This document shows, piece after piece, positions 5,707 through 14,834 of a stretch of 51,024 nt of DNA. How positions within the stretch are numbered: position 1 is the stretch's first letter; every line of letters starts with the position of its first letter. The notes below the pieces were generated by a model. That model ran no database searches, was not told where the DNA came from, and saw only the letters and a program-made list of their open reading frames with translations. This DNA comes from a virus: the IMG/VR virus record IMGVR_UViG_3300030098_005111; one strand, 5' to 3'. A program made the translations under genes and the position numbers.

Positions 5707-6012
5707 TTAATCTTTTACTTCAGACCAACAAAAGCCAAAACTTAAATCATATACAATTTTGCCATTCTCAAGATGTATTGGATTGAGTTTAGAAAAAATA
5801 ATTTTATCTTTAGAGTCTAAAAATTCTTGAAAAGTTTCTCTCCAACCTTTTGCAGATTCTTTACATTCTTGATTAAGATAATAATCTAAAACTTCTTGAG
5901 CAGTTTTTTCATCAAAACAAGGCTCATCCCATCCATTCCAATATGTATTTCCCGAATAACCTAAAAAAGATCTGTCCTCATGTATTGCAAAAGTGGCTTT
6001 TCTCATTAACAC
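5707..6012 (-). CDS. Hypothetical protein
   Basis: 101-aa ORF with an SD-like aaaggagaa upstream. Confidence 0.5.
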   Translation of the reverse strand: MLMRKATFAIHEDRSFLGYSGNTYWNGWDEPCFDEKTAQEVLDYYLNQECKESAKGWRETFQEFLDSKDKIIFSKLNPIHLENGKIVYDLSFGFCWSEVKD

Positions 6013-6043
6013 AGTTTCTCCTTTTTATCATTAAATTTTTATT

Positions 6044-6074
6044 AAAAAAAATGCCGGATAGTTTCCTATCCGGC
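6044..6074 (-). terminator. Rho-independent terminator for the 6083..6478 gene
   Basis: Stem gccggatag (6053-6061) pairs with ctatccggc (6066-6074). On the minus strand it is followed by a T-run (rc of aaaaaaaat, 6044-6052). Confidence 0.7.
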
Positions 6075-6082
6075 AAAAATAC

Positions 6083-6478
6083 CTAGTATTCACTAGGTAA
6101 CATCAACACGCTACCTGTAAAAAAGAAATCCCAATCACCGTCTGGACAATCGGTGTATTCAATTACTCTTTTATATAGTTCGTTTTCGTTTCCGTCGGTT
6201 ACTACGATCCACGCTTCATTTTCTAAACCAGATAATCCTTTTTTTCCTACACTTAAAAGTATGTCTAAAAAAGTTTCATCTTTTGTTTTTTTATGAGTTA
6301 TTAATTCACTAAATACGATGTCCAAAAACCAATACGCTTGCGCTTTAGTTGCAAACGCTTTGACTCCATCCGTAAAAGCGGAGTTTGTAGGATTACAGAT
6401 CGGGTGGATACGATGATATCCTTCAGTCCCGTAGTAATGTTGTAATTCTTGATGTAATTGTTCTGTTGTTATTGACAT
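6083..6478 (-). CDS. Hypothetical protein (DUF6876-like by motif recall)
   Basis: 131 aa. YYGTEGYHRIH...FTDGVKAFATKAQAYWFLDIV resembles the GTExYY...TDGV...AYWLxD pattern of a phage/plasmid family of unknown function. Confidence 0.5.
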   Translation of the reverse strand: MSITTEQLHQELQHYYGTEGYHRIHPICNPTNSAFTDGVKAFATKAQAYWFLDIVFSELITHKKTKDETFLDILLSVGKKGLSGLENEAWIVVTDGNENELYKRVIEYTDCPDGDWDFFFTGSVLMLPSEY

Positions 6479-6599
6479 GGTTTAAAATCTCCTTTCTGTC
6501 ATTGAATATATGATCCTAAACTATTAACCATCGAATTGCAAATATATATTAAAAATAAATAAATTAATATTAATTGTTGCATTATGTTTCATATTCATG

Positions 6600-6620
6600 T
6601 AATCTAATCATATTAGATTA
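6600..6620. promoter_or_regulatory. Perfect 9-bp inverted repeat (TAATCTAAT cat ATTAGATTA), putative operator
   Basis: Lies in the AT-rich divergent region between 6478(-) and 6648(+), 27 nt upstream of the ATG at 6648. Confidence 0.35.
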
Positions 6621-6647
6621 ACAAGACATAAGAAAGGAGAAAGTCTA

Positions 6648-7034
6648 ATGAGTAAAACATCAACCAAAAAAACTGTAAACGGTTTGACAGCAATAAATGG
6701 AAAAGTTTTTGCATGTAAAGTCCCCACTGAGCAATTCGCATATTTAGACGGTATGTTACATGTTCTAACAACAGAGGAAAAAGTAGACGAAGCGTTAAGA
6801 CTTCAAGACACTCTCAAACCTTTGAATGAGCTCTTTGATAAAATTAAAAAAGATATTAAGTCTGAGCACAATGATTTTATTGAAGGATCCGAAGCCGTTG
6901 CAACTATCAAACATAAAACATTAAAAAAGTTTGATAGCAACAAAATTGAGAAGTTATGCAAAGAGTTAGGAATTGACGTTGACAGTCTAAAGACTGAGAC
7001 TAACTATCGTAGTCTATCAATCACGTCTAAGTAA
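6648..7034 (+). CDS. Hypothetical protein
   Basis: 128-aa ORF with AAAGGAGAA upstream. Confidence 0.55.
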   Translation: MSKTSTKKTVNGLTAINGKVFACKVPTEQFAYLDGMLHVLTTEEKVDEALRLQDTLKPLNELFDKIKKDIKSEHNDFIEGSEAVATIKHKTLKKFDSNKIEKLCKELGIDVDSLKTETNYRSLSITSK

Positions 7035-7087
7035 CAAACAACAACAACATGGGCATGGTTTCCCATGCCCACAAGGAGGATCGAAAA

Positions 7088-7264
7088 ATGTATTACGCAC
7101 AACTAACACTAATAATTATATTTTTATTTCTTTTAATATGGGCGATAGGTTTAATTATTACAGATATTAAAAACTATATGCGAGAGCGCGAGCACAGACT
7201 TAGGATCATGAAACGTGATATAGCATTCTCGCAACGACAAAATAGGAGATCAAAAAATGTCTAG
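7088..7264 (+). CDS. Small membrane protein
   Basis: I trimmed to the ATG at 7088 (MYYAQLTLIIIFLFLLIWAIGLII...), which has AAGGAGGA upstream. The earlier track ATG lies inside the hairpin tgggcatgg/ccatgccca. Confidence 0.5.
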   Translation: MYYAQLTLIIIFLFLLIWAIGLIITDIKNYMREREHRLRIMKRDIAFSQRQNRRSKNV

Positions 7265-7475
7265 ATTTAAAGTAACCTACGCAATTGACTATGGAGATCC
7301 TAAACCATTAGTTAAAACATTTGATAGTTTTGATGAAGCGCAAGACTTTGTTTCTGAGGAAGTCCAACGTAGGATCGATGTTACCGTCCAACATTCACAA
7401 TATTATATTACTGAAGAAAATTACAAGCACATGGAAGAAACCGAGCATTCACTTTGTAAAATTGAAAAAGTGTAA
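7257..7475 (+). CDS. Hypothetical protein
   Basis: 72-aa ORF that overlaps the upstream stop. Confidence 0.5.
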   Translation: MSRFKVTYAIDYGDPKPLVKTFDSFDEAQDFVSEEVQRRIDVTVQHSQYYITEENYKHMEETEHSLCKIEKV

Positions 7476-7507
7476 TGCTGATCGGGATGATGGGCTAGTT
7501 GATTCTA

Positions 7508-7551
7508 GTCCATCGGTCGGTCTAGGTACTTAAGACCGATCGGACTTTTTG
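7508..7551 (+). terminator. Rho-independent terminator ending the accessory island
   Basis: An ~11-bp stem (catcggtcggtct pairing with agaccgatcgg) is followed by ctttttgg. Confidence 0.6.
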
Positions 7552-7670
7552 GTCGGTGGTTAAAAATCGACCAAAAAAATTTTTGCCCCCCTTATTAGTA
7601 GTAAAGTAGTAGCAAGTTGTAGGTTTTATAAATATAATTCAAGATAATTATCATTGGACGGAGAACCGTG

Positions 7671-7814
7671 ATGGAAGTAACGAGTATAAAAGACCGTGTT
7701 CCGTTGGTGCCTGTTAAGGATAAAAGGCAAGTGGAGCAAGCTCGAGTAGAGGAGCAACGTGAGCAGAATAAACCCAAACCCAAACTTATTCAGAGGGTTG
7801 ATATTAGGATATGA
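7671..7814 (+). CDS. Hypothetical small protein (47 aa) translationally coupled to TerL
   Basis: Hand-translated as MEVTSIKDRVPLVPVKDKRQVEQARVEEQREQNKPKPKLIQRVDIRI. GGAG lies upstream and its stop overlaps the terL start (ATGA). Confidence 0.45.
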   Translation: MEVTSIKDRVPLVPVKDKRQVEQARVEEQREQNKPKPKLIQRVDIRI

Positions 7815-9277
7815 GTCTAAACGCGGTAAGTGATGATGTAGTTCGTGAGATATTGGCACTAGAGGAAGCCAAGCGTAGACTGACCATTCGAGATAAGGCA
7901 CAAGATGATTTTATGGTTTTCGTGAACCATGTTTATGAGGGCTTTATTGAGGGTAAACATCATCGTAAAGTAGCCAAACAATTTGAGAAGTTATCAACTA
8001 ATCGTGGCTCACGGATCATTGTCAATATGCCTCCTCGACATACTAAAAGTGAGTTTGCGAGTTATTTATTACCTGCGTGGTTGATAGGTAAGAATCCTAG
8101 TTTAAAAATTATTCAGACGACGCACACTGCTGAGTTAGCGGTACGGTTTGGTCGTAAAGTTAGAAATTTAATGGAGACGGAGCAATATAAGGAGGTATTT
8201 CCAGATGTTAATCTTAAAGCTGATTCCAAAGCTGCTGGACGGTGGGAAACGTCGGAAGGTGGTGAATATTATGCGGCTGGTGTTGGAGGTGCGATTACGG
8301 GTCGTGGTGCTGACTTGCTTATTATTGATGACCCGCATTCGGAACAGGATGCGTTATCTGAGACTGCATTAGAGAGTGCGTATGAGTGGTACACTTCTGG
8401 CCCGAGGCAAAGGTTACAGCCTGGTGGTTCAATAGTGGTGGTTATGACTCGTTGGAGTTTGAAAGATTTGACGGGTAAGTTGATTAAGGCACAGGCTAGT
8501 GATGTGATGAGCGACCAGTGGGATGTGGTTGAGTTTCCAGCGATATTGCCTAGTGACAGGGTGTTATGGCCAGAGTATTGGAAGAAGGAGGAGTTGTTAA
8601 AGGTAAAGGCGAGTTTGAGTGCAGGTAAATGGAACGCGCAATGGCAACAAAACCCCACGGCCCAAGAATCAGCGATTATTAAACGTGAATGGTGGAATGT
8701 GTGGGAGAAGGAGCAGATACCGCCAGTAGATTATATTATGCAAAGTTATGATACGGCGTTTAGTAAGAAGGAAACGGCAGACTATAGTGCGATAACTACT
8801 TGGGGTATATTTCAACCTGAGGAAGGTGGTGCCGACCATATTATTTTATTAGATGCACAGAGAGGTCGTTGGAACTTTCCCGAACTGAAAGAGACTGCGT
8901 TGGAGGAGTATAATTACTGGGACCCTGATATGGTGTTGATAGAGGCGAAAGCTAGTGGTACACCGTTAACGGACGAGTTACGAAATATGGGTATTCCTGT
9001 GGTAAATTATACACCAAGCAAAGGTCGTGATAAGGTAACGAGGATGCACATGGTCGCACCGATATTTGAGAGTGGTAAAGTGTGGGCACCGGAGAAAAAG
9101 TTTGCGGAGGATTTAATTGAGGAGTGTGCAGCTTTTCCTTATGGTGAGAATGATGACTTTTGCGATTCGATGTCGATGGCGTTGATACGTTTTCGTAAAG
9201 GTGGGTTCTTACGTTTGAACCACGATGAAGCGGAAGAGATAACTGATTATAAATTAGCACCGAGGGTATATTACTGA
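7811..9277 (+). CDS. terL: Terminase large subunit
   Basis: 488 aa. It has the ATPase P-loop-like NMPPRHTKSE, Walker B LLIIDDPH, and nuclease acidic motifs SYDTAFSKKETADYS and GENDDFCDSMSMAL, which is typical Terminase_6-type architecture. Confidence 0.85.
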   Translation: MSLNAVSDDVVREILALEEAKRRLTIRDKAQDDFMVFVNHVYEGFIEGKHHRKVAKQFEKLSTNRGSRIIVNMPPRHTKSEFASYLLPAWLIGKNPSLKIIQTTHTAELAVRFGRKVRNLMETEQYKEVFPDVNLKADSKAAGRWETSEGGEYYAAGVGGAITGRGADLLIIDDPHSEQDALSETALESAYEWYTSGPRQRLQPGGSIVVVMTRWSLKDLTGKLIKAQASDVMSDQWDVVEFPAILPSDRVLWPEYWKKEELLKVKASLSAGKWNAQWQQNPTAQESAIIKREWWNVWEKEQIPPVDYIMQSYDTAFSKKETADYSAITTWGIFQPEEGGADHIILLDAQRGRWNFPELKETALEEYNYWDPDMVLIEAKASGTPLTDELRNMGIPVVNYTPSKGRDKVTRMHMVAPIFESGKVWAPEKKFAEDLIEECAAFPYGENDDFCDSMSMALIRFRKGGFLRLNHDEAEEITDYKLAPRVYY

Positions 9278-9672
9278 TGTTAACAGCACTTATAGGTCCA
9301 GTTACAGGATTATTAGATAAATTTATTGAAGATAAAGATCAGAAAGCTAAGTTAGCGCATGAGATAGCGACTATGGCTGAAAAGCAAGCACATGACGTTG
9401 CCATGGCGCAGATAGAGGTAAATAAAATTGAAGCAGCTAGTCCAGCGTTTTTTAAAAGTTCATGGCGACCATTTATAGGTTGGGTATGTGGGGTAGCATT
9501 TGCCTATCATTTTGTGATACAACCTATTATTATATTTATAGTTACGTTATTTGGTGCGGAGATTCCACAGTTGCCAGAATTTGATATGGCAAGTTTGATG
9601 ACGGTATTAGGTGGTTTATTAGGGTTAGGGTCACTTCGTACTTATGAAAAATCTAAGGGGTTAACAAAGTAA
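9277..9672 (+). CDS. 3-TM membrane protein resembling GTA-type holins
   Basis: LIGPVTGLLDKFIEDKDQKAKLAHEI, WRPFIGWVCGVAF and the C-terminal LRTYEKSKGL match my recollection of the Holin-of-3TMs (gene-transfer-agent release) family. It has three hydrophobic segments. Confidence 0.45.
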   Translation: MLTALIGPVTGLLDKFIEDKDQKAKLAHEIATMAEKQAHDVAMAQIEVNKIEAASPAFFKSSWRPFIGWVCGVAFAYHFVIQPIIIFIVTLFGAEIPQLPEFDMASLMTVLGGLLGLGSLRTYEKSKGLTK

Positions 9673-9673
9673 G

Positions 9674-12064
9674 ATGGCAGAATCAATAATCGACAAATCG
9701 ATGCCTCCTATGGGGCAGCCGATTATGGACGGAGAAGATCAGGATATTATTGTTGAGGAAGAAGAAGGTGAGATCGAAGAAGATCCAAATGAATTACCGC
9801 GCGTAATTATAGAAGGACAAGATATCACTGAAGAGTTAACGCAAGAATTACTTACTGATTTTGATGCGAACCTTGCGGAACTGATAGACGAAAAAGAATT
9901 AACTGATATTTCAAATGAACTTATTGGTTACTATGAAGAAGATTCGTCAGGTCGCCAAGAATGGCAAGATGCCTATACCGATGGTTTAGATTTACTAGGT
10001 ATTAAGTACGAAGAAAGAGAAGAGCCATTTAGAGGTTCTAGTGGTGTCACTCACCCCCTTATCGCTGAGGCTGTAACTCAGTTTCAGGCACAGGCGTATA
10101 AAGAACTACTACCAAGTTCTGGCCCCGTAAGAACGCAAGTGATTGGAACGTCTACCCCGCAGACGGTAGCGCAGTCTCAGCGAATTCAAGATTTTATGAA
10201 CTATCAGATAGTTCATGTTATGGACGAATACGACCCAGAAATGGATAGATTATTATTTTATCTACCATTGGCGGGTAGTGCTTTTAAAAAAGTATACTTT
10301 GACGATATTTTAGATCGTGCAGTTTCTCGTTTCGTACCCGCAGATGACCTAGTGGTACCCTATAATGCCACTGATTTAGCGTCAGCATCAAGAATTACTC
10401 ACGTAGTACGCATGAGCATGAACGATGTGCGTAAATATCAGGCAGGTGGGTTCTATAGGGACATCGAATTATCGCCATATACCGAAGATGATGAGTTAAA
10501 AAAGAAAGAAAGAGAGCTTTCTGGGGTACAAAAAACGGCAGATGGGGAGGAATGTACGCTTTTAGAGATACATACTGACTTAGATTTGACTGGTTTTGAG
10601 CATATTAACCCGTTAGATGATGAAAAAACGGGTATTAAGATACCTTACATCGTCACAATCGACCTAAGTAGCCAAAAAATACTGGCGATTCGTAGAAATT
10701 ACATCGAAGGGGACGAATTTTTTCGCAAACAACAATATTTTACTCATTATAAGTTTCTTCCAGGCTTAGGATTCTACGGATTTGGGCTTTTACACATGAT
10801 TGGTGGGCTAGGACGCTCGGCAACGTCTATTTTACGTCAATTAATCGATGCGGGGACGTTAGCGAACCTCCCCGCAGGGTTCAAAGCCCGTGGTATTAGG
10901 ATAAGGGACTCAGATGAGCCGTTATCTCCTGGTGAATTTAGGGATATTGACTCTCCAGGGGGTGCTTTAAGAGAAAGTATTATTCCATTACCTTATAAGG
11001 AACCGTCACAAACGTTGATGTCGTTATTAGGTTTTGTGGTCGATGCAGGTCGAAGATTTGCTATGGTAGCGGACATGCAGACTGGAGAAACTAAGCAAAA
11101 TCAAGCAGTTGGAACAACTTTAGCGTTATTGGAACGTGGTTCACGGGTCATGTCAGCGATACATAAACGTATGTATTATGCACAAAAACAAGAGTTTCGT
11201 ATGTTAGCTCGTATTTTTTCAGAGTCATTACCACCTATGTACCCTTATCAGCATGTAGGTGTCGATGCAATGATAAAACAATCAGATTTTGATGACAGGG
11301 TAGATGTGGTGCCAGTTGCCGATCCAAACATCTTTTCAATGGCACAACGTATGACGTTAGCACAAACGCAATTACAATTAGCACAATCTAATCCGCAGCT
11401 ACATAATATTTATGAGGCGTATCGTAGGATGTACGAGTCGATAGGAGTACAGAATATAGAGACTATTTTGCCTCCTCCTCAGCCACCACAACCAATGGAT
11501 CCAGCTATAGAGAACTCGATGGCTCTACTTCAAAAACCCTTGAAGGCATTTCCTGAGCAAGATCATGATGCACATATTACCTCCCACTTAGCATTCATGA
11601 AAACACCTGGACCTGCAAATACCCCTGCTATTTTTAACGCGCTATTATCTCATGTTTCAGAGCACATAGCTTTTAAAGCAAGAAATATGGCAAACGCAGA
11701 AATGGAGCAAATGATGCAGGAGGCAATGAGCTTAGGACAACAGCCTATACCATTTGATGTAGAGTCTCGAGTTGCTCAACTTATTGCGGTAATTACGCAA
11801 GAAGTAATGGCACAACTGCTGCCACCACCACAAGGGCCAGACCCATTGGTAGCATTAAGGGCAAGAGAATTAGATATTAAAGAGCTAGATTTACAGCGTA
11901 AAGCATCAGAGTTTCAGCAAAGACAAGGCTTTGAAGCGCAAAAAGAAGCATCGCGTCAAGACTTAACTAGAGAGAAGATAGATTCAACTGAAGATATTGC
12001 TCAGTTACGAGCAGATGTAAACTTAGAACGCATTAACCGCAGCACACCAGGTAGAGGAGAATAA
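9674..12064 (+). CDS. Portal protein
   Basis: 796 aa, immediately downstream of terL, with an acidic N-terminus. The call rests on size and position, not on a specific motif. Confidence 0.6.
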   Translation: MAESIIDKSMPPMGQPIMDGEDQDIIVEEEEGEIEEDPNELPRVIIEGQDITEELTQELLTDFDANLAELIDEKELTDISNELIGYYEEDSSGRQEWQDAYTDGLDLLGIKYEEREEPFRGSSGVTHPLIAEAVTQFQAQAYKELLPSSGPVRTQVIGTSTPQTVAQSQRIQDFMNYQIVHVMDEYDPEMDRLLFYLPLAGSAFKKVYFDDILDRAVSRFVPADDLVVPYNATDLASASRITHVVRMSMNDVRKYQAGGFYRDIELSPYTEDDELKKKERELSGVQKTADGEECTLLEIHTDLDLTGFEHINPLDDEKTGIKIPYIVTIDLSSQKILAIRRNYIEGDEFFRKQQYFTHYKFLPGLGFYGFGLLHMIGGLGRSATSILRQLIDAGTLANLPAGFKARGIRIRDSDEPLSPGEFRDIDSPGGALRESIIPLPYKEPSQTLMSLLGFVVDAGRRFAMVADMQTGETKQNQAVGTTLALLERGSRVMSAIHKRMYYAQKQEFRMLARIFSESLPPMYPYQHVGVDAMIKQSDFDDRVDVVPVADPNIFSMAQRMTLAQTQLQLAQSNPQLHNIYEAYRRMYESIGVQNIETILPPPQPPQPMDPAIENSMALLQKPLKAFPEQDHDAHITSHLAFMKTPGPANTPAIFNALLSHVSEHIAFKARNMANAEMEQMMQEAMSLGQQPIPFDVESRVAQLIAVITQEVMAQLLPPPQGPDPLVALRARELDIKELDLQRKASEFQQRQGFEAQKEASRQDLTREKIDSTEDIAQLRADVNLERINRSTPGRGE

Positions 12065-12066
12065 TT

Positions 12067-12468
12067 ATGGCAGTGCCCGCACTACTAACTGTAATGAAAT
12101 TTTTATCATCGCAAGGCGCGAGAAAAGCAGTTCAAAAATATGGTCCAAAAGCCGTGGAAAAAGCAAAAAATGCCTTACAATTAAAAAAGGGTAAAAAGAA
12201 AAAACCACTTACTCTTGGACAACAGAAAAGAAAATTAATAAAAAAACGGCAAGCTCCAATTAAAGATTATTTTGACGAACCCACGGTGGCAGTACTGGGA
12301 TTATATGGCGCGGGAAAAGGGTTGCAAATGGCCGCAGAAAGAGACGCAAAAGCACAGGCGAAAAAGAAAAAATCAAAAGTAGAAGAAAATAACGATAATA
12401 AAATGAAGTTAGGTGGTTTAATTGATGGAGCGGCAATAAAAGGTAAAACCAAAACGAGGATGTTTTAA
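12067..12468 (+). CDS. Lysine-rich basic protein (head module)
   Basis: 133 aa with KKGKKKKP and AKAQAKKKKSK. The C-terminus GGLIDGAAIKGKTKTRMF is related to those of the next three basic proteins. Confidence 0.55.
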   Translation: MAVPALLTVMKFLSSQGARKAVQKYGPKAVEKAKNALQLKKGKKKKPLTLGQQKRKLIKKRQAPIKDYFDEPTVAVLGLYGAGKGLQMAAERDAKAQAKKKKSKVEENNDNKMKLGGLIDGAAIKGKTKTRMF

Positions 12469-12472
12469 TTTT

Positions 12473-13135
12473 GTGAAAACTAAAAAGCAAAAAAAAATTG
12501 CTAAGGTTATGGGTGAGTTTAAGGACAAAAAACTTAAAGGCAGAGATGACAAAACTATAACCAACCCAAAACAAGCGATTGCTATTGCTTTAAGCCAAGC
12601 AGAAAAAATGGCTAAAGGCGGTGCTAAACGAGATCCTAAAGTTGGTACTGGTAAGAAACCTAAAGGCAGTGATAGAAGACTTTATACCGATGAAAACCCA
12701 AAAGATACAGTGAGAATAAAATATGCTACAGTGCAAGATGCTAAAGAGACTATTAAGAAAGTTAAAAATATTAATAAGCCGTTTGCGCGAAAGATTCAAA
12801 TTTTAACGGTATTAGAGCAACGAGCTAAGTTTGCGGATAAACCAGAACAAGCTCGACTAGCTAGGAAAGCAAAGGAATCTTTGCGTAAGAAAAGAACAGT
12901 AACAGCAAGTAAAGGAACAGCAGTTATGGCGAAAAATAAAAAAGAATTTCCTGATTTAACAGGTGATGGCAAGGTAACTCAGGCCGATATATTAAAAGGG
13001 AGAGGAGTAAAGTTTAGGCAAGGGGGTTTAAACGACATGGAAACTCAGACTAATAATGCTGCAACGATGTCTCGTGGCATAGATGGTATAGAAATGACTG
13101 GCAAAACCAGTAACGGTTTTAAAGGAATTATGTAA
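12473..13135 (+). CDS. Basic protein with recurrent phage/virus small domains (DUF6496-like N-terminus by recall)
   Basis: 220 aa. KVMGEFKDKKLKGRDDKTITNPKQAIAIALSQAEK resembles the MHEFKxGxLxS...KQAIAIALSEA pattern. It ends ..GKTSNGFKGIM. The track start is GTG and uncertain. Confidence 0.5.
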   Translation: MKTKKQKKIAKVMGEFKDKKLKGRDDKTITNPKQAIAIALSQAEKMAKGGAKRDPKVGTGKKPKGSDRRLYTDENPKDTVRIKYATVQDAKETIKKVKNINKPFARKIQILTVLEQRAKFADKPEQARLARKAKESLRKKRTVTASKGTAVMAKNKKEFPDLTGDGKVTQADILKGRGVKFRQGGLNDMETQTNNAATMSRGIDGIEMTGKTSNGFKGIM

Positions 13136-13390
13136 ATGTTTCACGTGAAACTTACAAAAATATTTATTTTAATATTTATTTCATTACCAGTTTTTGGTTA
13201 TGATACTAATATACCGAGGATTAACGACAAAATTATTGTTCCGTTAGAAAGTGGTTATGTCATTCCTCGCATAACGGATTTAGATAATATACCTTTTACT
13301 CAATATTATTTTGAGGTTGAAAGAGAAAATGTTGTCATACCGCAAGATAAAATAGTTGAACCTTACTTTAATATTTTAATGGATGATTAG
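13136..13390 (+). CDS. Small protein with N-terminal signal/TM segment
   Basis: 84 aa with LTKIFILIFISLPVFG at the N-terminus. Confidence 0.45.
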   Translation: MFHVKLTKIFILIFISLPVFGYDTNIPRINDKIIVPLESGYVIPRITDLDNIPFTQYYFEVERENVVIPQDKIVEPYFNILMDD

Positions 13391-13720
13391 ATGGTACGCA
13401 GAACACAAATGCAAAAACAAATGAATTTATCTTCTACTAAAGCTGATAAATTATTAGAAAAAGCTAAAAAGATGAATGAACAACAATTTAATTTAGGTGG
13501 TGCAGGTATGAAAGACGATACTATGAAAAAAGTAATTATTACTAAAAAAACTATAGAGCTTGACCCGTCAGAAGATATGCAAATGGTAGAAGGTATGGGA
13601 ATGGCTGACGGTGGTTTTGCCGAAACAGATAGAAAGACGTTAGTCCAAGACGGTAATTCTTCAGGTGTCCGTGGTACAGGAGCAATGATAAAAGGTTTCG
13701 ACTTTGAGGGGGTATTCTAA
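13391..13720 (+). CDS. Hypothetical head-module protein
   Basis: 109 aa, ending ..GAMIKGFDFEGVF. Confidence 0.5.
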   Translation: MVRRTQMQKQMNLSSTKADKLLEKAKKMNEQQFNLGGAGMKDDTMKKVIITKKTIELDPSEDMQMVEGMGMADGGFAETDRKTLVQDGNSSGVRGTGAMIKGFDFEGVF

Positions 13721-13721
13721 G

Positions 13722-14633
13722 ATGCCAGGTTTAAAAAAAGGTATAAAACAAATTAAAATGCAAAAAGGCGGCCTCACTGAATTTGGAAAGGCTTTTGCTA
13801 AAGCTAGAAGAGATTTTATAAATAAAAAAATAGATCCTAAAACTGGTAAACCTGCAAAAGCAACTTTTATGTTTAAGGGTAAAAGATATAATGTGCAAAC
13901 CGCAGACGACAGAAAGACAACTGTCACAAAAGTTGACTCTCCAGTGAGAAGAAAAGTACCTATGATTTCTAAAGACGAACTAAAGAAACTTTCTCCTGTG
14001 GGACGAATTAGTCTTCCTAAAATAAAAGCAGCGGCAAAAGTAGGTTCGAAAAGGGGTCTGACCGCAGCGCAAAGTCGAGGCTTAGGGCTAACTGGCACTC
14101 AATTAAGAGATAAAAAAGAAGGTTTATTAAAAAAATTTACTGAAAAAGATATAAAGGCAAGAAAAAAACAAGTAGCCAGTGATACAAAGGCAGCACAAGA
14201 TAAATTAGCAAAACAAAAGAAACAAGCAGGAACAATTGTTGGTGGTGCTTTAGCTACTGTCCCTATAGGTAGAGTTACAACAGCTACTTCAAAAGCAGTA
14301 AAAGCTGTTGGAGGAGCTAAAGGAATTAAACAAGCGGCTACTAGAGCGCGTGGTCAAATTAAAAAAGAATTGCAAGGCCGTAAAATTGGTGCTGGTAGAA
14401 AAACAATTGGAGATTTAATTAAAGGAGCTGTGCAGCAATTTACTAAAAAACAACCAGCTATTACTAAAAGACAAGCCACTACAGCGGCTAAAAAAAAGAA
14501 GCAAGCAGAGGCAGCTGCTAAAAGAAAAAAAGAACAGTCTGTTAATACTAGAGTTAAAAGACTAAGTAGAGGTGCTCGTTCGAGACAATTTGTTAATAGG
14601 GCTTCAGGTGGAACTTTTAAAGGTATTTTTTAA
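13722..14633 (+). CDS. Highly lysine-rich basic protein
   Basis: I trimmed the track TTG start to the ATG at 13722 (MPGLKKG...), which has GAGGGGG upstream. It is K/A/R-rich throughout and ends ..RASGGTFKGIF. Confidence 0.55.
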   Translation: MPGLKKGIKQIKMQKGGLTEFGKAFAKARRDFINKKIDPKTGKPAKATFMFKGKRYNVQTADDRKTTVTKVDSPVRRKVPMISKDELKKLSPVGRISLPKIKAAAKVGSKRGLTAAQSRGLGLTGTQLRDKKEGLLKKFTEKDIKARKKQVASDTKAAQDKLAKQKKQAGTIVGGALATVPIGRVTTATSKAVKAVGGAKGIKQAATRARGQIKKELQGRKIGAGRKTIGDLIKGAVQQFTKKQPAITKRQATTAAKKKKQAEAAAKRKKEQSVNTRVKRLSRGARSRQFVNRASGGTFKGIF

Positions 14634-14639
14634 TAAACT

Positions 14640-14834
14640 ATGGAAGATCCAACTACTTTTTCGTATCATGTGCTCAAAGCCCTTAGGGAGCGCATTGAAT
14701 TAGTAGAGCAAAACATATTAGAGGGCAGTACAAAAGATTACTCTAGTTATCAAAAACTTGTAGGTGAGTTAACTGGTTTAAGATTTTGCGAAGGTGAAAT
14801 AAGAGATATTTTAAAAAAAATAGAGGTTGAATAA
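14640..14834 (+). CDS. Hypothetical protein
   Basis: 64-aa ORF in the operon chain. Confidence 0.45.
   Translation: MEDPTTFSYHVLKALRERIELVEQNILEGSTKDYSSYQKLVGELTGLRFCEGEIRDILKKIEVE

Noticed and set aside
7321-7901. ORFs 7321..7533(+), 7595..7783(-) and 7626..7901(-)
   Set aside because: They overlap better-supported genes or the terminator region, have no SD, and give implausible sequences.
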